In this document: positions 1 through 13,400 of the stretch, in pieces
Layout: every line of letters begins with the position of its first letter
Position numbering within the stretch: the stretch's first letter is position 1
Source of the DNA: Perna viridis
Lineage: Eukaryota
Assembly (NCBI GenBank): GCA_037379345.1
Contig: CM074511.1
Span: 9,052,001-9,116,000 of the forward strand
Length of the DNA stretch: 64,000 nt
Direction of reading: 5' to 3'
Position numbers and translations under genes: made by a program
The notes under the pieces: generated by a model
Seen by the model: only the letters and a program-made list of their open reading frames with translations
The model's database searches: none
Told to the model about the DNA's origin: nothing

Positions 1-1150
1 CTGGGACATTGCATTATTAGGTAATACTAAGACATTACATTCCATGGTAATACTGGGACATCACAATCCTGAGTAATACTGGGACATCACAATCCAGGGT
101 AATACTGGGACTTCACAATCTAGGGTAATACTGGGACATTACATTCCTGGGTAATACTGGGACATCACATTCCAGGGTAATACTGGGACAATACAATCCT
201 GAGTATTACTGGAACATCACAATCCTGGGTAATACTGGGACATCACAATTCTGGGTAATACTGGGACATCACACTCCAGGGTTATACTGGAACATCACAA
301 TCCTGGGTATTACTGGGACATCACAATCCTGGGTAATACTTGGGCATCATAATCCAGGATAATCCTGGGACATCACAATCCTGGGTAATACTAAGACATC
401 ACAATCCAGGGTAATGCTGGAACATCACAATCGTGGGTAATACTGGGACATCACACTCCAGGGTAATACCGGGACATCACAATCCTGGGTAATACTGGGA
501 CATCACAATTCTGGGTAATACTGGGACATCACAATCCTGGGTAATACTTGGACATTACAATCCTAGGTAATACTGAGACATCATAATTTAGAGTAATACT
601 GGGACATCACAATCCTAGTTAATACTGGGACATCACACTCCAGGGTAATACCGGGACATCACAATCCTGGGTAATACTGGGACATCACAATTTAGGGTAA
701 TACTGGGACATCACAATCCTGGGTAATACTTGGACATTACAATCCTAGGTAATACTGAGACATCATAATTCAGGGTAATACTGGGACATCACAATCCTAG
801 TTAATACTGGGACATCACAATCCTAGTTAATACTGGGACATCACAATCCTAGGTAATACTGAGACATCATAATTCAGGGTAATACTGGGACATCACAATT
901 CTGGGTAATACTGGGACATCACAATCCTGGGTAATACTTGGACATTACAATCCTAGGTAATACTGAGACATCATAATTCAGGGTAATACTGGGACATCAC
1001 AATTCTGGGTAATACTGGGACATCACAATCCTGGGTAATACTTGGACATCACAATCCTAGTTAATACCGGGACATCACAATCCTAGTTAATACCGGGACA
1101 TCACAATACTAGGTAATACTGAGACATCACAATCCAGGGTAATACTTGGC
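1..1150. repeat. 26-bp minisatellite (consensus CTGGGACATCACAATCCTGGGTAATA), about 44 copies, continues off the left edge
   Basis: Direct periodic repetition. Variant blocks recur at 182-bp (7-unit) spacing, e.g. at 443 and 625. Confidence 0.97.
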
Positions 1151-1419
1151 CTTACTGTAGAAGTGTCAAGAAAATGTAGAAGAGTTTTACCTAAATTTCT
1201 GACATTGATATAAGCAATGCAAAGAGCAAGAATCATTTCCCCAATTACTTTGAAAGATGAAATGTAATTTTTTCTTAGTGGATATTTAAGATTGAGAATG
1301 ATTGTGTATAGGAATGAGTAAGAATACAAGTCACAATATACTTTTTATATAATGCAGATTGATAACAAAGCAGTGTACTTATATTGTTGGAGAATTAAAA
1401 GTTATTACAAAAAAAGGAC

Positions 1420-1581
1420 TTGGGATAGTCCCTGGAATGCTGATTGAAGTTTTGAGTCATTGGGATAGTCCCTGGAGTGCTGATTGAAGCTTTGAGTCAT
1501 TGGGATAGTCCCTTGAGTGCTGATTGAAGTTTTGAGTCATTTGGATAGTCCCTGGAGTGCTGATTGAAATTTTGAGTCATT
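1420..1581. repeat. 40-bp tandem repeat, 4 copies (TTGGGATAGTCCCTGGAGTGCTGATTGAAGTTTTGAGTCA)
   Basis: Four near-identical units read directly. Confidence 0.95.
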
Positions 1582-3699
1582 TTGCAGTATTGAAATAACT
1601 TAATGTACTATAATATTTGTACTTTCTGGTTATGTTTATGCTTGTCCGTCATATTTTATTCAATATTAAAAATTGTTTTACCTCTTAGTTCTAGTTCCAG
1701 TGCATTATGGGTACTCATGTTCATGTATTCTTAAATCTTGAAAATTTTCTCATCTTGAAACTGGAAATATCATTAATGATTTCTAAGAGATGTTTTTAAT
1801 GCTTTTAGTGTAAAGGTTTTAGAATGAAAGTTAATTTGGCTTTTAATTAAGTATTTGTCTTTGCACCAGTGCACTAATGTCTATGAAATCATTGTGTGTA
1901 TTCATCTGCAGAGCTTTATGTTGAAAACAATTTAGTTGAATTTCATTAAAGTTTGGAAACCATTCAGTGGAGAAGAGTAATTATACTTGCTTAATGGTTT
2001 AATAGCTACGATTTTGGTGTCTACAAAACAGGTACTAGTCCTTAATCCATAAATGTTGGCTTGACAAATGGAATTGGTATAATCCATCAAAAAACAATAG
2101 TCGTCCACCATTATAGGTCAATTAGTGAAATTACATGTAAATTATTTAGTCTGTAATTGCACTAAATTTCCCTGTTATCTGTTTTATTTTTTATCAAGTT
2201 TTATGTCATCCATACTCCCATCTTGTTTTATGTTCCTTGCTTTAGGCTGTGTGTCTTGGCGCTATATCAGCTTATTAGATATTGTCTAGTGAGGCGGAGG
2301 TTTGTCAACCATAAATATGCTTCTTTTAACATAAGGACCAATAAAAAATTGGCTTTAGTACAGGAAAATAACAACATATAAATTTCGTAGTTGAAAGACC
2401 AGTCCATGAAACATATGAAAAACTGTTGTTTAAAGCAGCTCTATTTGCCTCTGCTCTGTGACAATGAATCTTAGATAGAAACAACAGAATGAAAACTCAC
2501 GAAAAAAAAAATCATTTGAAGACTAAACACAACACAAAAAAAGGTAACCTCTTTTGTAGTGCTTACAATGATGATGTTCAGGGGATAGAATGGAATGTGA
2601 AAGTTATTAAAACAAAACTAGGTAAAAACTGAAGTTAAATGAAATTGTTGTTTGGGTTGTTGTTTCACCACATCTCAATGAAATCTTAAGGCACTTGTTT
2701 CTATTCTTATAAAATTGATGAGAAAAACTTTTTAAATTATTTGATATGTTAGTGATGGGTAAAAGTTACAATGATCTTTAATAGTTGTTGTTATTAGAAT
2801 ATTTTTGGCCAGTCCAAACTTCTTTGTCTGTAATTTTCACAGATACTAGTCCCATACTCTGTATGAAGGTTTATATTCAGCAGAACTTACTTTTTAAGTT
2901 AATTTTCTCACATGTAATGAAGGCAACATGTTTTATGTCTATAAAAATATCAGTTTGTACAGAAAGTTTACTTGGTTAGACTAACATTTAATTTTGAAGA
3001 CCATTATTTTAGCTCCACTTGAAAGCAGTCTTTTTTCATCTCTATGGAACCATTACTTCAAAACTCATTACAAAATTATATGGTAACATACCATGGTCTG
3101 GAACCATTTACAGAAAGTTCTACCTTTGGGAAACCCTGCAAAGAAACATTAATTGACTGAAATAAAATTTATGTGTAAATATTCTGCCATAAATACTGGG
3201 TTGGAGAATAGGCAAGCATACTGATATTGATTGAATTAATTTAAAATATGTACTTATATAATTTTAAATTCTTATCTGATGGCCTTAGGGACTACAGTGT
3301 GTAATTTAGTTCTGAATATTCTATTTAGATTCTTGCGTATCTGTAAATAGATGTCAAACCTGTATTGTTAGAATTGTCATGCTTTCCAATATTTTCATGA
3401 AACTTTTAGATGAAAAATATTTAAAAAAAAATGTAACTATGTAATAATTGATAAATGACTGTCTATGACTTTTTAGTGGTAATTATTTTTCACAGATATT
3501 CATTAGTTTAACACGCATACTTTTTTCTTCCGTCATTACAAATTTAGATATTTCTTGTGAAGTCTGACATAACTGTCATGAATTGAAAACATGAAAATTG
3601 AAGTTTAATTGTTACATGTATAATGATCTCTTTCTCTGTGTTCAACCTTCTGTACCTTAAAAGAATTTTTTCCTCTATCTCCACCAAAATAGTTTAGTA

Positions 3700-3810
3700 G
3701 TAATCAAGGGAACCAAAGTTATACCGGTAATCAAAAGAATGTAATCCAGGGACAAAGACCAGACATACACAACAAAGAACATAGAGTAACTAAAATCATA
3801 CATACAAAGT
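3700..3810. mobile_element. Dispersed repeat family A, partial copy
   Basis: Aligns by eye with 24421-24545 (GTAATCAA.GGAACCAA.GTTATA...CCAGGGACAAAGAC...ACACAACAAAGAACATA.AGTAACTAAAATCATACATACAAAGT). Confidence 0.75.
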
Positions 3811-6800
3811 GAAATTAATTTTGACTAATATATCTACATGCTTCATTGTTGTTGGTCATTCTGAGTTTTCTTAAAGCTTTTTCCTTAGTTATTACCAGTA
3901 CTTATGCTTCATATGATCTGGTTGATTGCAATGACATGTTACAGATAATAACATTGACTTTGGATCCAATTTTTAAAGGTAAAATCATGGAACAACTCAG
4001 CAGGTTTCCTTCTTTGGGTGACTGATTCTGCAGTAGTCATGTTATTGAAGGCTTCTTGTTAGTATAGAAATTCCATCATAGCAACCCATTCAGCATCATT
4101 GATATATGGAATATACAATTCCATCAATTGATTAAAATGCTGTTGACAAGATTTTCTTTTGTATAAGAATTTTATACATGATGTAGCTTTGATAATATAG
4201 ATTCTGTGTCAATTAAGTACAGGTAAATTAACACAGTTTTGGGGGGATGCTTGATACTTTTGTATGGGGGGATGTCATCACTGACTCTGTTTTGTAGAAG
4301 TTGGCTCAGTGATATATAACATACAAATATGGTGAATCAGTTTTTCTCTATTTTTCATATGTAAAATCAGTTCATTCTGCCATTAAATATGGTCAAGATA
4401 TATTTTGATTGGTACCTCTTGATAAATAAAGAATATTCAAGAGACAATCAACGGTGGTCATTTGCATAATATGGTATTCTTTCAACCAGAGTATTTATTA
4501 ATACAAATGAATTCAATCAAGTGACATTTTGATGAGTTATTGGGAATGGACAAAAATTGTGTTTCCTATCAACAACAGCAACTTATTATGGAAACCAAGT
4601 AAATGCCTAATTTCTTGATGAAAGTCTTGATGGACATGTTATTGGCATTTGTCGTTTGGCCTTTTGTTAAACTGGCATGGAGACCATGTTATTTTAAGGT
4701 CATAATATGAGGATTCCAATTTCACGCATGCTTATGGCTGGTTACCAGTTCAAGTACATGCCACTTATATGAATTCCAATTTTGTCTCCTTCACACAGGA
4801 GAGTCAACAGCTCTAATCACTCAATCCAATTAGTATCTTAATGAAATGTGAGATCATGATTTGGACAGTTGTAAGATTTTAGATTGTGCAGGAAGATTTG
4901 AGAATCCTTGTAAACTTCATGAAATATTATCAGGAAAGCTTATTTAGTAATCTGTTTAAAATGAAAATTTGATCAAGCGAAATTAGGAAAAATGTTTCAA
5001 CACCGTTATTGCATTTTCTGCCTCATGAATCTGTGAAGGCAGATCTCTGCAAGTGTTATTTTTATAAATGCGTATTCATTGCTTGGTTGTTACAAATTAT
5101 ATTATAGTTAAAAGGAAATTTGTTTCAGTTCTGCAGTTCTATATTGCTGGTTATTTAAATTAAATAGGGAATGAAAATGAAGTAAAATCAGCTTTTTTTA
5201 TTTGAGAATTTTCTGTCAAACAAGAGCCAGTGACTCAGAAAATATAACTTTTGTCTTAAATTTGTTAATTTGGTTAGAGGTTGAACACGATTATTTGGCC
5301 AGTAACACAATTTACAGCATTGTATTCAACAACCATCTGTTGGATTGTATTTGTCATTCTCGGTTCCAAAGAAGTAAAAATAAAACAAATTGACATTGCT
5401 TTTATGAATAATAGTGAAGAACATGATTTTATGGAAATTTCGATGAGCTTGATACATCTTGAGTGACAAAAGGTTGATTCATTCCATATTCTTCCCAGAA
5501 AATATTATGATATATTGCCTTATATTACTGTGTTGATGAGACTTTTATGCATAGAAGAGTTTTTAGTTCTCATTTATATTTAAATTCTGCTCATATTCAT
5601 TGCATTCTAAGTGAGTTTTATGATGTAAGACAACTGACAGGTAGTATAAAGATTAAAGCTCAGAAAAGTATGCTGCTTCAGTGAGTTACTGAAAGTGCTG
5701 GTATGAGTCAGCAAAAATTCCAATGCTTCCAGGATCAGCAGAATGTTTGGGTTTTATGTTGTCCAATTTTTTTCATTTGTCTGTGATTACATTCCCAGTT
5801 GATTATAATTGCTTTAATTGGACACTAACCTTTTTCTTTGCCAGAAGAAAAATTAAAAAATAATTTGCACATCCAGATTTTGCCAACATTTTTACAGAAA
5901 ATGCCCTTAAATAAGAATCATCACTTGAATTGACTTTCATAATTTATAAAAATTATCTTTTTTTAAATTATTATCTTGAAGAACAACCTGCCATTTTTCA
6001 TGCCATAGCTAGGCAAGTAATTATCCTCCGGCTTCTGCTCTTAAGACTTTATTGTTACATAATTTTTTTTATTGAGAGACAGATATGATAAGAAGAATGT
6101 GATCTATCCCCTGCATTACTGGATCATTGATTTTAAAATGCCTGATTTTCCAGATTTTTATGTAGGAAAACAGGAAAAAGCTGTCTTAAAAACTTGAATT
6201 TAATTTTATTGAGTCGGAAGTCATTTCCCAAAGACTTTTTGTTTATTTCCTATCTTAAATACAAAAAAAGAATTTTCTTAATCTCTCAAACAAAAACGAC
6301 GGAAAATTGGAAACCATTTTTTTTTCTTATGGATTTTTTATAATACAATCTGTTACACATAAAGCCATATCAATCATCTCTGAATGTAACATTCTCTTCA
6401 TAAATCCTCTGATTTAGAACTTATTTTTCTTCAATTATTTCTGTACATCTAATATCTGGGATGACTTCGGAGGAAATTAATACAAAACGTCAAGTATGTT
6501 ATGAAACAAAATTGAAATGAACAAACATGATGTAAAAATGCCCAAATTTGTTGGTTGAATATGATCCAGTCCTTGTGTCTGTTCATGTTATGACATATGC
6601 ATGGATGTACAATTATGATATTCGTGGTATGCAAAAGTGGTGGTTATATTGTTTGAAAACTTGTCTTTCATTATTTTTAATAAGACGTTTTTCTCAGATT
6701 CAACTGTTTATTTAGGTCATGGTACAATGCAGTTACTTTAAAAGTGAAATGTATTGAAATTTTTCATAAATGGACAGTTTATTGAGTACAGAAACAATAC

Positions 6801-7202
6801 ATTTGTAAATCTTTTCCCAATAATTGTGATACATGTACATGTATCTTTTCTGATGACCTATAACTAGCTGCATGTATTAAAAATTGAATTTGGATTTGTT
6901 TGAAATAATTTACCGAATAGTCCATTATTTTCTCATACAGGCCAAGCTATTCTATTGTTAGGACCTTCTTGGAAGTGGTTTGAGATTTTGAATTTAAATC
7001 TAGATTGAAGTTAGCTCAAAATGAGTTAGTATCCATGGTTCTTTTTTGGTTTGATCAAACATGATTTTATGAAGAATGGTCCTTGTTACAGTGAGCTTGC
7101 CATGATTAAAACATTTTACTTTACAGTAATCTGAAAATTGGTGTGTCCCAAGAATCTATGTATCTATGAAACAGTATGGTTTAAATTTTAAATATTTTTC
7201 AG

Positions 7203-7493
7203 GTGATTTGAGAATCAGTGTGTCTTTAATGAATCAGGAGGCCAGACAAGGAGAGAGGGTAAAGTTTTCATGTCAAGTTGTTACACAGGACCATAGTGAT
7301 AGAGACATAGTTCATATTAGATGGAAATTTAAAGATTCTTCATTAAAAGCTCCGTCCTCCAGATTTACCATATTAGACAAAGGACGGACTTTATTGATCA
7401 CTGATGTACAGAAGAATGATGCTGGAGATTATACATGTATAGGCTCATTACGAGGCAAGAAATATAAGTCAACTGCAAATCTTAAAGTTATAA
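7203..7493 (+). CDS. L1-like exon: Ig (I-set) domain
   Basis: TTTTTCAG acceptor and GTAAGT donor, phase 1-1. Motifs FSC...IRWKF...TLLITDVQKNDAGDYTC. Confidence 0.9.
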
Positions 7494-10400
7494 GTAAGTA
7501 TGAAACTCATTTCAAATGCAAGAATTTGAATAAAATTGCCATATTTTTTAATGATAAATATTGATAGTAGTTTGTGAATATAAATTGTCATCATATTAAA
7601 CTACTCTGAAACAAGATGAAGTGATGTTGCTGTTGGTTGATTTTAGATTTACACTTTTATTGTTTTATATAACATTTATAGGATTTGATAATCCTATTTA
7701 TTCTTACAAAATCAGCCTGTCCCTTAAATGTTTTTTTGTACAGTTTGCCATTCCTAAATGTTATATGGACCTCAATAGCTTGACTTTGGTCCAAACAACT
7801 TTTAGAAGGCAACAAACAGGTCCATATACAGTCATATCACCCTTGATTCTGTGAACAGTGAAATTTTTGTTACAGTTTAGTTATCATTATTTCAGTGGAT
7901 ATACCTGTAACAAGAAAATTAAGCAGTCCTGAATATTTTTTAACAATTTTAGGAACATCATGAAAAAAGGAGATAGATCACAGAATTGGCAAAATAAAGA
8001 AGGCATGCTAATTTCTCTGTGTTGGGTCTCAAGAAATATTTGTTCAAATATAGTTTACTTTTGTTGACAATGAACACAGCACTCAATCTGTACCATCTCA
8101 CTCCAAAGATTTCTAATGGCTCAAACAGGGGAGAAATAATTCTGTCTTTTAAAGCATTACAATTGAATCTTGAATTCTTGTTCATACTATGCAGAAATAA
8201 TCCTTTGAAATAATATTTACTTTTAAATAAGAATGTTGAAGGGTTTGTGGGTAGTCGCATGTTAGTATTACCAGTCAGTAATGTTTTACAGACTGTGAAG
8301 TTTCATGCTACGAGGTAAAAACCACAAATTTCCTCTATTTATATGAAAGTCAATGGGAAGACTTACATTGAAAGTTCATTGTGCAGGGCAAATCATTTTC
8401 ATAAAAGATAAAAAAATACATTGCATCTGGCAATAAAGTTTTTGACAGAAACTATTATTTTTACAAAAATAGACCAATGAATGGTCATATCTTGCTTTTA
8501 AGCAGTAAATAAACTGTCCTTGTGTTTACTGCTTTCTCTTAATGGAAACAACTCAGTACTATAGACCATCAAAATTTATTGCTTGGCTTTAAAAGGCCTT
8601 TCTAAAATAGTTTGGCCTTTTTTAATGGTGTAATGATTCTTTTATGTGTCTGAGCAATATTTAACTTGTTTATTTTCTGAACTGGGCAATTCACAAGATT
8701 GATCTTGTTTAAAAGGTTCAGCACAGAGGAAACAATGGACTTACTGATTTTTTGTTAATATTTTATGAACATTATAATGTTTGCCACTTATGTTAAGGCA
8801 GGGTTGGGAGATATATTGTTTAGAGATATTACATTAGAAACAACCTCCTACTTATAGAATGTATTCAATAGTTTAATTAGTGTAAGCAAACAGAATGTTA
8901 CCACCTCAGAGTGTTTGACAGCAGGGCTTCTATCTCAATGTACATTTCTATAACTTCTGGATTATATCTTATTCTAAGTTTCTATAGATTTCTACTATAA
9001 TTGCTAATTCAAAATTGAATCCTTTATAATTTAAAAGAAATAAAATCTATTTTAGATTCATACCGAAGTTGTCATTTATTTTGCATATTTCTTAAAAAGC
9101 TTTCATTCTTTTCCAATTAATTCATACAAATGTCAAATTGGGAAGATGCAAAACAGTTTCAGAATCTTCTAATTTCAATTTCATTGAGTCTAATTTAAAT
9201 TTTGTTGCTTAAAAGCAACAGAAAATTATCTAATTTTCAGGGCTACTACTTGATTCATTGTGAGCTAGGCATGAGTCACCAAGAACAATTTCCTAAATTA
9301 TAGAAATGCCCAACCAGGACATTAAACGTATTATAGTTCACTGCTTCCTTGACATAGCAAGTTTTATGCCATGTAATTATAGCAGAGTTAATTCACTGGT
9401 GTTCCTGACATTCCCATACAAATGATCTTTGTCCTACTGATCAATGCTTTTTTTTATACTTTTTAATTTATTTTTCTAATGACACAACTAGTTAGGCACC
9501 ATTGAATGTTTTGTCTCAGTACTGTTTTATTTTGGTTGTTGTCTGTCATTACATAACCATCACTGTCAACCAGAGCTAGCTCAGGGACATCATTTTATCA
9601 TTTAATTCCATTCCAAGTGAAAGAATAGCTACAAGATCTGTCATGTCTGTTTCTCATCTGTTACCCATGTGGTTAGAAATTCCAACACTATCTTCATATT
9701 TTCTCTTGTTACAGTTACAAATTAAGATAGGCATCAGAATATTGTTAATAAAGACTGAACGGAAAGTTCTTATTCTCCATGTTAGTGGGGTGCCTTTCTT
9801 TTTTAAATATTTTAGCCTATTTGAATCAAATACTATGCAAAAATTTGATTCTCATTTTTCACCATGTAAGGTGAGGATTGCCAGGTCACTATAGGTCACT
9901 ATTATATGTACCATAATCACTAAAAGTTTATACTCTCATTTTGTGGGCAACCAAAATGATAAAAAATTGTATTGGCCTGGAAAAATAATGCAGTTATGGA
10001 AAAAATAATGACTTGTCAATGAAATACATGTTGTATATTTCAGCTGTGCCATCTCCACCATACAATGTGGAATTAGTGACATGTATGGGACATAAGGCTG
10101 ACTTAGATTGGCGGGATGGTAGTGATGGTGGGGATCCAATCAAAGGATATTTAGTGCAATATAACACTTCAGATAACCCAAATTATTGGAACAGTAACTA
10201 TGAGGAAATTCCCATATCAACACCGGTGCCACGAACAATAGATTTATCACCATGGGGGACTTATTCTTTCCGTGTGTTAGCTCGAAACTCTATAGGATAT
10301 AGTGAGCCTAGTTTACCTACAAAAGAACCTTGCCCTGTGCCGCCTGGTCATCCAGATAGAAACCCAGACAAAGTTGGAACTAAGACAGACAGAAAGTATA

Positions 10401-13400
10401 AACTAGTTATCACATGGGAGGTAGGTGTTGCAGATTCAGTAACAACCAAACTGGTTATCACATGGGAGGTAGGTGTTGCAGATTCAGTTACAACCAAACT
10501 AGTTATCACATGGGAGATAGGTATTACAGATTGAGTAACAATCAAACTGGTTATCACATGGGAGGTAGGTATTACAGATTGAGTTACAACCAAACTGGTT
10601 ATCACATGGGAGGTAGGTATTACAGATTCAGTTACAACCAAACTGGTTATCACATGGGAGGTAGGTGTTGCAGATTGAGTTACAACCAAACTGGTTATCA
10701 CATGGGAGGTAGGTGCTGCAGATTGAGTTACAACCAAACTGGTTATCACATGGGAGGTAGGTATTACAGATTGAGTTACAACCAAATTGGTTATCACATG
10801 GGAGGTAGGTGTTGCAGATTGAGTTACAACCAAACTGGTTATCACGTGGGAGGTAGGTGCTGCAGATTCAGTTACAACCAAAATGGTTATCACATGGGAG
10901 GTAGGTATTACAGATTGAGTTACAACCAAACTGGTTATCACATGGGAGGTAGGTGTTGCAGATTCAGTTACAATCAAACTGGACCCCGCTTCCATTTGGA
11001 CTGAGCCATTCATCCTATTTTGAAATGTGTAGTTTAACGAAATTAATTTATATCTTATTTCTAGGTTATGGATTAATTTGCATATCCACCCCATATTGAA
11101 TATTTTCAATTAATGTATGCAACCAAAATTGAAAGGATTCATTAACAAAATAATTTCTATATTTACATATTCCCCATTATTCTGTATCTCCTTGAATCTC
11201 TACATTTACCAGCAGATAAGAGAAGTTAAACCTCACTTGTCTTATTAACATCAGCTTTTATTCTATTTATTTCTAAGTGAGCATGAGGTAGAGACTTGTA
11301 TATAATCATTGACATTCAAGGTTTATCTTTCAGAAAAAAGTGAAATATGTGCTAAGAAATTAATTCATCCATAAGCATTAAACAAGCTGTGGCTGAAGTT
11401 ACTGACAGGCTATTACTTATAATGGCAGGAAATAAGAAAAGGGCTGTAATTTCCTGTCAGACGGGAACAATCACTTGTGAACCGATTGCAATCAAATTGA
11501 TTTTTATGGAGTCTGGGATAACATCTCGATACTAACCTGTTCTCATCCCACTGCTCAATGAGAACAAGAATATTGAATTAGCTTTCAATGTTTGTCCTAT
11601 TTGTTATAGGCAATATCTGGTTTTCATTTGTTTTGATAAATTATATTTCGTGTCATCTTGTATTTAAATTCTACGTTTTTGTCTCTGCTCTGACATTATA
11701 CCAAAGCTTTTTAGGCTTGTAAATTGTTGCTTGAGTTTGTACCTTGTAATTGATGAAAATGATTGACAATTATGTTTCATGCCATATGAATCAATTTTCA
11801 CTGTCAGAAATTATCATTTTTTGCATAAAAAGTTAAGAAAAAAATTGAAAAATTACAGGAAGATGAGAATAATGACTGCTGGAAATCCTTAATACAAATA
11901 ACTACCATAAAACTAGAATGTTCTGAAGTAATTGCAGACCTAATTCCTTTTAACCATAGAATACAACTGAATAGAATGACTGAATTTGATTGTGTGGTAT
12001 GTCCTGTTGTGAGAATTGTAAGGCTGAAAAAAGAAGCTTAGAAAGATAATAGAACATTGTACTTGTTGACTGCTGTGAGAGGAGATCACTTTTAAAGACA
12101 TTTTTTTTTTAAATTTATCATCTTTTAAGTGTTGACTCATTCAGCTTGGTGACAGGTTCCTGTATTGATTGGAAAGTGTGAAAATGTTTTACTGGTTGAA
12201 AATAGAAAACTGTTTCTAAATGGAGTATAAGACACATAACCAATAAATGAACATGTTTTGATATTTAATTAGAACTTAAATCAACATGCCATGGTCTATC
12301 TATGACTTGATGGTACAGACATTTGTATAGTGTTAATTAAAAATCTCATTGCATGCTTTAATTATGGAGAGTTTGTAATTTAATTTTTTGCACGATATCT
12401 GAATTCATAGTACATGTATATGCCATATACTTGTATATATTTTTCCAAAATGGTCATTGTAGTTACTAAATAACTTTTTTAAGTTTACAGAGTGAGTCCA
12501 GTGGTTCTCATACAATTTTTTTATGTTTTTTTTTAAGTTATGATGCAATCACAAAATGGAATGGAAGCACAATACATTCAAATCTAGTCATGTTGGATGC
12601 AAACTAACTGATCAATAAAGTCCTTTTACTCTTGGGTATCAATTTTGATGAAAGGTAAAAACAATTTGAGGATTAAAATAGCCAATTTTATTTTTGTAAT
12701 TAGTGTTCAGAGAAAATAAGAGTGGAATAAAGTTTAACAGACTTTTCACCAAGCTGAATGGCATAGAAGACTTGTACATTTTTGACCAAGTTGCACTCAT
12801 GCAAATGGGCTCATAGAATGGTGATTTTAGGTTGGCCATTGGCAGGTGGGCAGGGAAAATACTTTCACATTTTTTTCAGCCACTGGATATTTGATACACA
12901 ACTTCAGCATCAGGTCCTATGTCGTGTGATGCAATTTCAAGTCTCTCACACTTCTAAGTCCTGTTTATGGCAAACTGGCAATTTCTGTCTTAGACCCATT
13001 TTCTTCATGTCAAATTATAATTATGTGTTGATATGCATAAAAGATACAGTTCCTACAGTGAGTCATATGGCTAACTTCAAGGAATAGGATTTAAATGACC
13101 TTCACCTGATGAACTTCCTTACCTGGACAAAGTCAAAATGTTAATACTTTCTATCAAACTTATTTTGAGGTATATATACATGAAATGATAGAAAGTTTAA
13201 ATCTCCTTCTAAATTGTCCAGTTAACTACCTAAGACACATCATTCAATCAGGGGAAGACCAACCCTATTTCCAGCAGTAAACTATTTTATTCGCTGTAAA
13301 ACAAATCAGCATGCTGAAACCATGCACTGATGTTTTCTTCTTAAAAAAAGACAAAATTTCTTTATTACAGCCAATGCCAAGGTTAGAACATAATGGACCA

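Noticed and set aside
1-1581. Regular repeats resembling a CRISPR array
   Set aside because: Head-to-tail units with no unique spacers, no cas genes, and a eukaryotic context.
1600-7200. Search for upstream Ig or signal-peptide exons of the L1-like gene
   Set aside because: No segment with convincing Ig motifs and phase-1 splice sites was found; the short ORFs here look like AT-rich noise.
10348-11109. Long repetitive ORFs (253 aa on -, 196 aa on +)
   Set aside because: By-products of the 48-bp array, whose unit length is divisible by 3; no independent coding evidence.
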